DNA of 64,000 nt from an uncultured delta proteobacterium. GTDB taxonomy: Bacteria; Desulfobacterota; Binatia; DP-6. Positions 29,944 to 40,165 of the stretch are shown here, in pieces. The notes beneath the pieces were generated by a model, which saw nothing but the letters and a program-made list of their open reading frames with translations, did not search any database and was not told where the DNA came from. The position numbers and the translations under genes are program-made. How positions within the stretch are numbered: position 1 is the first letter of the stretch; the number at the start of each line of letters is the position of its first letter. The stretch spans positions 6,500 to 70,499 of the forward strand of contig CAWESA010000010.1 of the NCBI GenBank assembly GCA_963811605.1, read 5' to 3'.

Positions 29944-31176
29944 TTGCATCGGCACTTCCGTCCGCACGCTCCCACGACCGCCGGAGCGCGCGTGGAGCGC
30001 CGTGCTCAACAGCTGTTCCAACGAGTGGGCGAAATGCCGGTCGTGATCGGGCGATCCGTAGGCGAAGGCGGTACCAACAACCCCGCCGATGTCACACAGA
30101 TCGACGGCTTGCTGGCGAAGGTCGGAGTGCTGAGAGCGATCCGGGCCACCGCCGCGACACGACACGTAGCGATAAAGCGATTCCAGCAGATATGGGGTCT
30201 CGGGTCTGGCGGCAAGTTCGACGGCCGGATCGACCCCAACGCGACCACTCTCAGGAGGCTCAACGAGACCGCGAGGGGACTGACCCTCAACGCGATCGGT
30301 CTCGGCACGATCAAACGCGGCGGCTATCTGATCTCACACACCCCCAAGGCACCGCCCGCCCCGTACAGGCTTCTGCTGGGGCCATCGGTCCAGGACTGCA
30401 TCGACGTGACCGGTCGTCCGAGCGCGGATCTCCTCGACGTCCCCAAGCTCGTCGAGCTGCTCAAGCTGATCCAGAAGCTCGGCAAGTGGGGACAGATGCT
30501 GAGCGTAAAATTGCTCGTCGTACTTGACGGGCAGCCCGTGTCGGAATCGCTTCCCCAAGTATTGAACTGCCCGGTACAGCCACATAACGGCAGGATGCTG
30601 CCGCTCGATTTAACCGGAAACGGGAGCAAGCTGACGTACCAGGGTGACCCGGACAGAAACGAATTCAGTGGTCGCCTTCTTCACAAGATCGAAGGTTTCG
30701 ACGGATACTTCTTCAAGTACGCCGGGAAGTTCGAGACCAGCGCGAGCCGGCGTGGCTTTGACTGCATCACTTACGTGGGAACCACATGCGGGGCCCCCGA
30801 TGACGCGATGACCGCGAGCCCGCAACTCGCGGATGCCATGAACGCCAAGCGGTGTTCGATCGAACGGCTCGTCTCGCAAGATTCGCCCACCGGCCAGACG
30901 CCACCGACGGCCGCCCCGCGGACCAAGAAGGTCACGCTCGAGCTGGAGCAGACGGATCCGCAGAACGTCAAGGACTTCTTCGCAAGCAAGCCGACCGGTT
31001 ACTACCTCATGTGGAGCGGCGGGCACATCGTGATCGTGGCCGATGGCTCGGTGTACGAATTCGCCGCATCCAGAAAGGGGTACGTCGCAACGCCGGTGTC
31101 CTCGTGGCTCGAGCCTTACAGGACCAAGAGGCTCACCGTTCGCGAGCTCCCGTCAAAGCCGGCTTTGGCCACCTGA
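29944..31176 (+). CDS. Peptidoglycan-binding domain protein with C-terminal NlpC/P60-like cysteine peptidase motifs, no signal peptide
   Basis: PG_binding_1-like region (VTQIDGLLAKVGVLRA...AIKRFQQIWGLGSGGKFDGRIDPNATTLRRLNE). C-terminal FDCITYVG (NlpC/P60 DCSG-like Cys) and GYYLMWSGGHIVIVADGSVYEFAAS (His motif). TTG start at 29944; GTG 29989 or ATG 30034 are alternatives. GGGGGAG SD-like motif ~35 nt upstream of the TTG (too far to act as its RBS). Confidence 0.6.
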   Translation: MHRHFRPHAPTTAGARVERRAQQLFQRVGEMPVVIGRSVGEGGTNNPADVTQIDGLLAKVGVLRAIRATAATRHVAIKRFQQIWGLGSGGKFDGRIDPNATTLRRLNETARGLTLNAIGLGTIKRGGYLISHTPKAPPAPYRLLLGPSVQDCIDVTGRPSADLLDVPKLVELLKLIQKLGKWGQMLSVKLLVVLDGQPVSESLPQVLNCPVQPHNGRMLPLDLTGNGSKLTYQGDPDRNEFSGRLLHKIEGFDGYFFKYAGKFETSASRRGFDCITYVGTTCGAPDDAMTASPQLADAMNAKRCSIERLVSQDSPTGQTPPTAAPRTKKVTLELEQTDPQNVKDFFASKPTGYYLMWSGGHIVIVADGSVYEFAASRKGYVATPVSSWLEPYRTKRLTVRELPSKPALAT

Positions 31177-31341
31177 GTCGCGCACAGACGGCTCGCGCCG
31201 CCAGCGCATCGCCGATCTGTCGATCGACCAGACGGGTCGTCTCCGCGATGGTCTCCGGGAGACGGTGAGCGGCCTGGCACTCGATCGGCCCTCGCGGTGT
31301 TCCGGCCGATCCCGATCACCCGACGCGTCCCCAGACGGAAT

Positions 31342-31352
31342 AGCTACCTTGT
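31342..31352. promoter_or_regulatory. Palindrome GTGA-ATA-TCAC upstream of padR, with a possible -35 TTGACC / -10 GAGAAT promoter downstream
   Basis: Seen in the AT-richer intergenic region 31177-31452. Confidence 0.3.
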
Positions 31353-31452
31353 GAATATCACGGCACTTCCGTCGCTGTTTACCCTTGACCGCGACACTTG
31401 CTCGTGAGAATCGATGTGCCGCAACGAGACCACCCGCAGCCCGACGAGGTCC

Positions 31453-32039
31453 ATGATGCCAATGTACGCGTTGCAGTACGCAGTACTCGGCCTCATCTCT
31501 GCACGCGAGGCAGGGGTCCACGGCTACCGACTGAAGAACGAGTTCGAGGCCCTCTACGGCGACTTCTGGGCGCTCAACTACGGGCAGATGTACCGTACCC
31601 TCGACCGCCTCGAACGCGCAGGCTTGATCGAGGGCTTCGACGAGCTGCAGACGCGACGGCCCAATCGCAAGGTCTTCCGCATCACCAAGCAGGGCAGGAA
31701 GCGCCTCGACGCATGGCTCGTGCATCCACCGAGTCAGGAGCCGCGCCCGCTGCGCGACGAGCTTTCGCTGAAGCTGCTGTTCCTGGCGGAGGCGCGCCTC
31801 GATGAGATGCGCGCCATCATCAGCACGCAGCGCGCGCTCTACCTCCAGCACCTCAGCCGGCTCAACAAGCGCCGCGACACGGTCATGGACACCCGGGAGG
31901 GATTCGTCATGAAGCTGCTGTTGAGCCAGGCAGACATGCGGGTGCGCTCGGATCTCGCCTGGCTCGATCTGGTCGAGACGGAGGTGGCAAAGCGCTGCAC
32001 GGCGTCCGCGGCCGCACTCCCGCACTCCGGCAAGGAGCG

Positions 32040-32043
<4 letters not shown>
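31453..32043 (+). CDS. PadR family transcriptional regulator
   Basis: MYALQYAVLGLISAREAGVHGYRLKNEFE...WALNYGQMYRTLDRLERAGLIEG winged-helix signature. The listed ORF starts at 31414; ATG 31453 is the more likely start. Stop overlaps the next gene (ATGA). Confidence 0.85.
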
Positions 32044-32744
<701 letters not shown>

Positions 32745-32749
32745 TCCGG

Positions 32750-34815
32750 TCAGCGCCTCCGCGCCGCGCGCAGCCCGTCGGCGCGCTCCGCGAGCCGCTT
32801 CGACTCCGCGCCGTCACGCAGCGAGGGATCGGGCGCCTTGGCGAGCACCGCCGTCAGGTTGTCGAGCACCGCGACGTTGTCGGGCTCGCTCTCCAGAGCC
32901 ATCCGGTACTCGGCGATCGCCTCCCGCATCTTGCCCTGCTTCTGGTACGCGACGCCGAGGTTGTTGTGCGCGTCGGCGTAGCGCGGCCGCAGCGCGATCG
33001 CCTGCCGGTACTGCCCGATCGCGTCGCCGAGCCGCCCGCGCTGCTGGAGCGCCAGGCCGAGGTTGTAGTGCGCCTCCGCGTAGCCAGGGTCGAGCGCGAT
33101 CGCCTTCTCGAAGCGCGCCGTCGCCAGGTCGTCGCGCCCGAGCGCGAGGAGCGCGCGCCCGAGGTTGTTGTGCGCCAGCGCGAAGTCGGGATCGATGCGG
33201 AGCGCGGCCGTGTACTCGGTGACTGCCTCGTCGGCGCGGCCGGCCCGGGTGAGCGCGTTGCCGAGGTTGTTGTGGGCGCGCGCCATGTCGGGCGCGAGCG
33301 TGATCGCGGCGCGGTAGCTGGCGATCGCCTCGTCGGTGCGGCCGGCGGCGAGGAGCCCGTTGCCCAGGTTGAAGGCGGCGGCGGCGCTCATGGGGCTGAG
33401 CTCCTCGGCGCGACGGTAGTGCGCCAGCGCCTCGTCCACCTGCCCCGTCGCCACGAGCGCGTTCGCGAGGTTGGTGTGCGCGGAGGCGTACGCCGGCGTG
33501 ATCGCGAGCGCGCGGCGCAGGTGCTCGACGGCCTCGTCGATGCGGCCGGCGTCGAGCAGCGCCGCGCCCAGGTTGCCCTCCGCCAGGTCGTTGCGCCCGG
33601 TGACCGCGAGCGCGTGCCGCCACAAGGTCTCGCTGTCGCGCCAGGTCGCCGCCTGGCGGTGCGCCAGGACGGCGAGCGCGACGAGGCACGCCGTCGCGAC
33701 GGCACCCGCCGCCAGCCGGCGCACGCGCGACGCTCCGACCACGTCGGCCACGCCCCAGGCGACGGCGAGGAGCAGCCCGATCTGCGGCAGGTAGGTGTAG
33801 CGGTCGGCGCGCGCCTGGGCCCCCACCTGCACGATGCCGATCACCGGCGCCAGCATGACGAGGTACCAGAGCCAGCCGACCAGCAGGTACGGCCGCGCTC
33901 GCCGCTGGAGCACGACGGCCAGCGTGAGCGCCGCCAGGAGCGCGAGCGCCAGCACGATCGCCGCCGGCGACTGCTCGCGGTGCGGGATAGAACGCCGCCA
34001 GGCCGCTCGGCCAGACCAGCGCGCTGAGATACGCCACGCATGCCACCGCCGCGTTGCCGAGCCGGTCCGCGAGCGAGAACTGCTCGAACGGCTGGAGCGC
34101 CCCCGCCTGGGCCGCGCAGCGTCAGGACCACCGACGCCGCCGCCAGCGCGAGCAGCGGCAGCTTCTCCGGCAGCGTGCGGCGGAGCGGGCGCAACCGCCC
34201 GAGTGGCCAGACGTCGAGCAGCAGCAGCACCACCGGCACGGTCACCAGCATCGGCTTGCAGAGGAGCCCGAGCGCGAGCAGCGCGGCCACCGGGAGGTAG
34301 CGCGCGATCGAGGGCCGGCGCGTGTAGCCCGCGTACGCCAGCAGGACCAGCATGAAGAAGACGGCGCTGAGCACGTCCTTCCGCTCCGACACCCACGCCA
34401 CCGACTCGGCGCGCAGCGGGTGCACGGCGAACGCCGCCGCGACGAACGCGCTCGGCCAGAGCGCGCCCGTCATGGCGTGCAGCGCCAGGAGGAGCAGCAC
34501 CGAGGCCAGCGCGTGCAGCAGCACGCTGGTGACGTGGTGCCCGCCCGGCGCGAGCCCGAAGAGCTGCACGTCGAGCATGTGCGACAGCCAGGTGAGCGGG
34601 TGCCAGTTGTCGGCGTGGGTGGCGGCGAACGCCCAGGCGACGCCGTCGCGCGTGAGCCCGCGGGCGACGACCGGGTTGCGGAACAGGTAGGCGTCGTCGT
34701 CGTAGTTGACGAAGCCGTGCTGGCGCGTCTGGCCGAACACCAGCCAGACGGCGGCGACCAGCGCCACGCCGGCCGCCGCCAGCGCGAGCGGGCGGCGGCG
34801 ATCGCCCGGGGTCAC
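32750..34815 (-). pseudogene. TMTC-like GT-C fold glycosyltransferase (DUF1736-type membrane domain) fused to C-terminal TPR repeats; reading frame broken by two +1 insertions
   Basis: Membrane domain ...FVNYDDDAYLFRNPVVARGLT...NWHPLTWLSHMLDVQLFGL...HHVTSVLLHA...HPLRAESVAWVSERKDVL in frame 1. ...AAQAGALQPFEQFSLADRLGNAAVACVAYLSALVWPSGLAAFYP in frame 3. ...HREQSPAAIVLALA...IGIVQVGAQARADRYTYLP... plus ~9 TPR repeats in frame 2. The GTG start at 34815 overlaps the stop of the upstream gene. Confidence 0.75.
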
Positions 34816-35582
34816 GACGGCCGGTCTCTGGCGACCCCGGCGTCGACGGCGCGCCACGCCGGCGCGCGCAGCAGCGCGCCGGCGGCCTCGGCGAGCCGGC
34901 GCTCGGCCTCGAATTGCTGGCGGCCCACGCGCAGCACGGCGGGCCAGCACCACGGCCGCAGCAGCAGTGCGCGCGCCGCCGCGGCGTAGGCGATCTCGCC
35001 CGTGTCGGCGTCGATGGCCTCGGCCAGGAACGGCAGCTCGTCGGCGTGCGCGTCGAGCACCACGCGCAGCGCCGTGAACGGCACGCGGCGGCGGGCGGCC
35101 TCGCAGGCGAGCGCCCAGCTCTCCATGTCGACCAGCACGGCGCCGCAGCCGGCTGCCGCGGTCTTCTCGGCGGTGGAGACGAGCACGCCGGGCGTCGAGG
35201 CGATCACGCCGCGCTGCGCGCCGACCTCGGCCGCGGGCACCAGCGCCGGCCGGCGCGCTTCGGGGCGACAGGCGCGGTCGAGGCTCACCACCTCGGTGGC
35301 GACCACGACGTCGCCCGTGCGCACCCACGGCACCAGGCCGCCGCCGCAGCCGAGCGACAGGAACGCCCGCGCGGGCGGGATCGTCGCGGCGATGCTGGCG
35401 GCGCGCGCGGGGCCGATGCCCACCTGCGTCAGCAGGCACGATCCGCCGTCGCCGAGCCGCCCGCGCCACTGGCGCGGCCGCTCCGTCGGCTGCACGTCGG
35501 CCAGCCCTCCCAGCACCGCCCGCGTCTCCCAGCCGAGCGCCGTGAAAGCCGCGACGTCGACCGCCGGCGGCTGGCCGGTCAC
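34812..35582 (-). CDS. Purine nucleoside phosphorylase/MTA-nucleosidase family protein (HpnG/MqnB-like)
   Basis: ...TQVGIGPARAASIAATI...FLSLGCGGGLVPWVRTGDVVVATEVVSLD...AVLVDMESWALACEAARRRVPFTALRVVLD. The GTG start at 35582 overlaps the WS/DGAT stop (GTGA). Confidence 0.7.
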   Translation of the reverse strand: MTGQPPAVDVAAFTALGWETRAVLGGLADVQPTERPRQWRGRLGDGGSCLLTQVGIGPARAASIAATIPPARAFLSLGCGGGLVPWVRTGDVVVATEVVSLDRACRPEARRPALVPAAEVGAQRGVIASTPGVLVSTAEKTAAAGCGAVLVDMESWALACEAARRRVPFTALRVVLDAHADELPFLAEAIDADTGEIAYAAAARALLLRPWCWPAVLRVGRQQFEAERRLAEAAGALLRAPAWRAVDAGVARDRPS

Positions 35583-37034
35583 GCCACCCGGCTCGGCGCC
35601 GATCGCCCGCGCCGCTGGCGCTCCGGCGCGACCCGCTGGATGGGCTGGCTCGCGGGGCGCACGCCGGCCAGGCCGCGCAGCTCGTCGTAGCTGTCGCGCA
35701 GGTACGTGACGAGGCGCGCGCCGTCGGTGATGAGGCCGGGATCGAGGTTGATGCCGATGGTGATCGAGTCGGCGTAGCTCAGGATGGCGAAGGCGAGCCC
35801 CACGGCCTGCGCGAGCGGCACGATGGGGATCATGCGGTCGAGCCGCCGTCCCTGGAAGTAGAGCGACACCGGCGGCCCCGGCACGTTGGTGACGACGGTG
35901 TTGACCGGCGTGCTCTGCACCCAGCCGAGCTGGTGCTGGAGCGGCGCCGGCACGTAGCTGAGCAGCTCCATGAGCCGCGTCATGCGCCGCGACTCGCCCG
36001 AGCGCTTCACCTGCTCCATCGCGGTGCGCACCTGGCGGAAGCGCTCGAGCGGGTCGAGGATGCCGACCGGGAGCGGCGCCATCATGGCCGACACGCGGTT
36101 GCCGAGGTGCAGGTGCTCGTCCTTCGTGCGCACGTTCACCGGGCACATGGCGCGCAGCTCGACGCGATCGGGGTTCCAGCCGCGGTCCTCCAGGTAGCGC
36201 CGCAGCGCGCCGGTGATGCTGGCGAGGATGACGTCGTTGACCGTGCCGCCGAGGCGGTTCTTCACCGCCTTCATCTCGTTGAGCGAGAAGGTGATCCACT
36301 CGATCCGGCGCTGCGAGCCGACGAAGCCGTTGAACGGCGTGTACGGCAGCGGCGCCAGGACCAGGCGCACCATGTCGGCCACCGCGCTCGCCAGCTCCTG
36401 CACCTCCTCCCACGCGCGCGCGGGCCGGCGCACCAGCTCGCGCAGCGCCCGTACGCCCTCCAGCGTGGCGGCGGCGCCGTCCGCCAGCGCGCGCCACGCC
36501 TGCTCCGACGGCGTCGGCGCCGGTGGCAGCGCGGTCGGCGCGGGGGCGGGCGGTGGAGGCGGCGGGTCGGGGGTGACGTCGAACATCACGCCGAGGAGCT
36601 GGACGCCGCTCACGCCGTCGATCATGGCGTGGTGCACCTTGGCGAGGATGGCGCTGCGGTCGCCGCGGTAGCCGTCGATCTGGTGCAGCTCCCACAGCGG
36701 CAGGCGGCGGTCGAGCGGCTCGGCGAACAGCCGGCTCGCCAGGCTGCGCAGCTGCTCGTCGTCGCCCGCGCCGCGCAGCCGGTGGCGCTTCACGTGCTGC
36801 CGGATGTCGAAGGCGCGCGCCGGCTCCCAGGTGGGATGGCCCAGGTTCAGCGGCACCGGCACCACGCGCTGCGTGTAGCGCGGGATCAAGATGCAGCCGG
36901 GCCTCGAGCTCGGCCAGCGTGCGCTCGTAGTCGAGCGGGCCGTCCGTGGTGTAGACGCCGCCGACGTGCAGCAGCTGGCCGGCGCGCTCGAGGTGAAAGA
37001 ACGCCGCGTCCAGCGCGGTCATGCGGTCGCCCAT
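35579..37034 (-). pseudogene. Wax ester synthase/diacylglycerol acyltransferase (WS/DGAT), one +1 frameshift near codon ~50
   Basis: N-terminus MGDRMTALDAAFFHLERAGQLLHVGGVY...LEARLHL in one frame. Continues IPRYTQRVVPVPLNLGHPTWEP...LPLWELHQIDG...KVHHAMIDGVSG (HHxxxDG active site) in the next frame (extra T near 36875). Confidence 0.8.
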
Positions 37035-37045
37035 GGTGATTCCTC

Positions 37046-37252
37046 TCAGGTGCCCTCGAGGACGAACGTGACCTGCACGGTGGCGCGGTACTCGGCGATC
37101 TTCCCGTCCTCCACCGCGGCGTTCTCCTTCAGCACCTCGATGCCGGTGATGCCGCGCAGGGTCTTGTTGGCGCGCTCGAGCGCGTTGTGGACCGCGTCTT
37201 CCCAGCTGTGCGGCGATGCCCCGATGATCTGCGTGATGCGCGCGACGGCCAT
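37046..37252 (-). CDS. Dodecin (flavin-binding) family protein, copy 1
   Basis: 68 aa: MAVARITQIIGASPHSWEDAVHNALERANKTLRGITGIEVLKENAAVEDGKIAEYRATVQVTFVLE. Matches the dodecin length and motif pattern. Confidence 0.8.
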   Translation of the reverse strand: MAVARITQIIGASPHSWEDAVHNALERANKTLRGITGIEVLKENAAVEDGKIAEYRATVQVTFVLEGT

Positions 37253-37256
37253 GTGG

Positions 37257-37457
37257 TCACTCCAGGAGGAAGATGATCTTCATCTCGACGCGGTACTCGG
37301 TGATCTGGCCGCGCTCCACCTTGACCCGCTTCCCCAGCACCTCGAGCCCGGTGATGTTGCGCAGCGTCCGCGCGGCCCGCGCTAGCCCCTCCTCGACGGC
37401 TTCCCGGAACCCGTCGGTGGAGGAAGCGACGATCTCGGTCACGCGCGCGACTGCCAC
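37257..37457 (-). CDS. Dodecin (flavin-binding) family protein, copy 2 (tandem paralog)
   Basis: 66 aa: MAVARVTEIVASSTDGFREAVEEGLARAARTLRNITGLEVLGKRVKVERGQITEYRVEMKIIFLLE. Roughly half identity with copy 1. Confidence 0.8.
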   Translation of the reverse strand: MAVARVTEIVASSTDGFREAVEEGLARAARTLRNITGLEVLGKRVKVERGQITEYRVEMKIIFLLE

Positions 37458-37548
37458 CCATGTGGGCTAGCAGCGTGTCCGCGGATGCGCAAGCCACGTC
37501 GCGCCCCATCCGGGCAGATCGGCCCCGCACGCCGCCCGAGGTTGAGGA

Positions 37549-40143
37549 ATGCGCGCCGGCGTGCGACTCGGGGGAGCGCGCATGCCCCTCCTCCTCCTCG
37601 CCCGCCGCCAGCTCCGAAGCCATGCCGCCCGCGCCGCGCTCACCGCGGGCGGGATCGCCTGCGGCGTCGCCCTGGTGGTGGCGATCGAGGTCATCAACGC
37701 CAGCACCCTCGGCGCCTTCACCGACGCCATCGACGACCTCGCCGGCACGTCGGCGCTCCAGGTGCGCGGGCGCGGCAGCTTCTCCGAGGACGTCGCGGAC
37801 GCGGTGCGCAACGTGCGCGGCGTCGATCACGCCGTGCCCATCGTCACCGACACCTTCTTCATGGTCGACGGGCCGGCGGGCGGCGAGGCGCTGTCGGTGT
37901 TCGCGGCCGACGTCACCGACGGCCACGCCATCAAGACGCTGCGCCTGGTGCGCTCCGGCAAGCGCGTGGTGGACGACCCGCTGTCCTTCCTGGTCGATCC
38001 CGCCAGCATCATCCTGACCGACGTGTTCGCGCAGCGCATCGGCGCCACCCTCGGCAGCGAGCTGCGGCTGCGCACCCCGGGCGGCATCCGGACCTTCACC
38101 GTGCGCGGCATCCTGCCGCCGGGCGGCGTGGGACGCGCCTTCGGCGGCAACCTGCTGCTGATGGACGTCCTCGGCGCGCAGACCGTGCTCGGGCGCGAGC
38201 GCACCATCGACCAGGTCGACATCACCTTGAAGCCCGGCATCACCGTCGAGCAGGTCGAGCCGGCGATCCGCGCCCGGCTCCCCGCCGGCGTCGAGGCGCT
38301 CCAGCCGGCCCGGCGCGGCGAGCAGATCGAGCGCATCCTGAGCTCGTTCCGGACCCTGCTCTCGGGCATCTCCGGGCTGGCGCTCCTGTCGGCGATCTTC
38401 ATCGTGACCAGCGCCGTCTCGACCAGCATCGCGGCGCGCCGCCAGCAGATCGGGCTGCTCCGCTGCATCGGCGCGCAGCGGCGCCACGTGCTGCGGCTCG
38501 TGCTCGGCGAGGCGCTGCTGCTGGGCGTGCTCGGCACCGCGGCCGGCATCCCGCTCGGGCTCCTCCTCGCCCGTCTCCTGCTCGACACGGTCACCGAGTC
38601 GGCGGAGCTGGTGTTCTCGATCCGGCTCTTCACCTCCGCCATCGACGTCTCGCCCGCCGCCATCGCGCTCGGCGTCGTGGCCGGTCTCGGCGCCACGCTG
38701 GTCGCCGCCTGGCTGCCGGCGCGCACCGCCACCGCCATCTCGCCCATGACCGCCGTCCGCACGCCGGCGGCGGCGGCCGGCGGACGGCGCTGGCCGTCGC
38801 CCGGCATCGTGCTGATCGCGATCGCGGTGGCGCTGGCGGGCTTCCTGCTCCAGGTCCGCCTCGGCTCGGGCTGGGCCGGCAACGTCGCCGCCGTCGCCAC
38901 CGACATCGCGCTGGTGTGCGTGTTCATGCGCCTCGCCGGACGCCTCGCCGCCGTGGTGCTGGGGCCGCTGCGCGAGCGCGTCGGCTTCGCCGGCCGCATG
39001 GCCGTCGACCGGCTGGCCCGCATCCCGGACCAGCTCGCGCTCGCCGGCGGCGTGCTCGCCCTGGGACTGGGGCTGATGCTGATGGCGGGGACGCTGTCGC
39101 GCAGCTTCGAGGAGTCGGTGCTCGACTTCATCCGCCACCAGGTGCGCGCCGACCTGGTGGTGGCGTCGACCGCCAGCACGGGCTGGATCGAGTCGCCGCT
39201 GCCGGAATCGATCGGCGAACGGCTCGCCGCCCTGCCCGGCGTCACGCGCGTCGAGCGCGTGCGGCTGGCCGAGCACGACTTCCGTGGCCAGCGCATCAGC
39301 GTCGACTCGCTCGACGCGAGCGCGTTCGCGCCCGAGCGCACCGGCGACTTCGTCTTCTCGACCGGCGACCCGGCGGCCGCGCTCGCCGCCGTGCGTGGCG
39401 GCGACGCGGTGCTGGTGTCGCGCAACTTCGCGCGCCAGTTCGCCGTCGGCGTCGGCGACCGGCTCGCGATCGACACGCCGACCGGTCCCTGGAATCCCAC
39501 CGTCGCCGGCGTCGTGGTCGACTACGTCTCGCCGCGCGGCAGCATCGTCACCACGCGCGACGTGTGGACGCGCCGCTGGGGGGACCACGCCGTCAACCGC
39601 TTCCACGTCTCGCTCGCGCCGGGCGTCGATCTGGATGCGGTCCGGCACGCCATCGCCGCCGACGTCGGGCGCGACGAGGGGCTCAAGGTGCTGACCCAGC
39701 GCGAGCTGTACGCCTACCACCAGGACGCGGTGCGGCGGTCGTTCCGCTTCACGCACGCGCTCGAGGTGCTGCCGCTCCTGGTCGCGGCGCTGGGGCTGGC
39801 CGAGGCGCTCCTGGCCGTCGCGCTCGACCGCCGGCGCGAGCTGGCGCTGCTGCGCGCCGCCGGCACCACGCGGCGCCAGATCGCGCGCAGCGTGGTGGCC
39901 GAGGCCGCCGGCGTGGGCGCGCTCGGCTTCATCGGCGGCCTCGCCATGGGGCTCGTGCTGTCCGTCCTCTGGGTGCGGGTCAACTTCGCCTACCAGCTCG
40001 GCTGGGACATCGACTTCTACCTCGCGCTGGGCAGCGTCCCCGTCGCCGCGCTCGCCGCCGCCCTGGTGAGCGTGCCGGCGGCCCTGCTCCCGGCGCGCCA
40101 CATCGCTCGCCTGCCCGTCCTCGAGGCCTTGCGCGACGAGTGA
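37549..40143 (+). CDS. ABC transporter permease with two FtsX domains (MacB/YbbP-type)
   Basis: 864 aa. Two blocks of 4 TM helices, each preceded by a large extracytoplasmic domain. No ATPase gene adjacent. Confidence 0.85.
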   Translation: MRAGVRLGGARMPLLLLARRQLRSHAARAALTAGGIACGVALVVAIEVINASTLGAFTDAIDDLAGTSALQVRGRGSFSEDVADAVRNVRGVDHAVPIVTDTFFMVDGPAGGEALSVFAADVTDGHAIKTLRLVRSGKRVVDDPLSFLVDPASIILTDVFAQRIGATLGSELRLRTPGGIRTFTVRGILPPGGVGRAFGGNLLLMDVLGAQTVLGRERTIDQVDITLKPGITVEQVEPAIRARLPAGVEALQPARRGEQIERILSSFRTLLSGISGLALLSAIFIVTSAVSTSIAARRQQIGLLRCIGAQRRHVLRLVLGEALLLGVLGTAAGIPLGLLLARLLLDTVTESAELVFSIRLFTSAIDVSPAAIALGVVAGLGATLVAAWLPARTATAISPMTAVRTPAAAAGGRRWPSPGIVLIAIAVALAGFLLQVRLGSGWAGNVAAVATDIALVCVFMRLAGRLAAVVLGPLRERVGFAGRMAVDRLARIPDQLALAGGVLALGLGLMLMAGTLSRSFEESVLDFIRHQVRADLVVASTASTGWIESPLPESIGERLAALPGVTRVERVRLAEHDFRGQRISVDSLDASAFAPERTGDFVFSTGDPAAALAAVRGGDAVLVSRNFARQFAVGVGDRLAIDTPTGPWNPTVAGVVVDYVSPRGSIVTTRDVWTRRWGDHAVNRFHVSLAPGVDLDAVRHAIAADVGRDEGLKVLTQRELYAYHQDAVRRSFRFTHALEVLPLLVAALGLAEALLAVALDRRRELALLRAAGTTRRQIARSVVAEAAGVGALGFIGGLAMGLVLSVLWVRVNFAYQLGWDIDFYLALGSVPVAALAAALVSVPAALLPARHIARLPVLEALRDE

Positions 40144-40165
40144 CGTTCGCCCGATAGGAGGCGGC

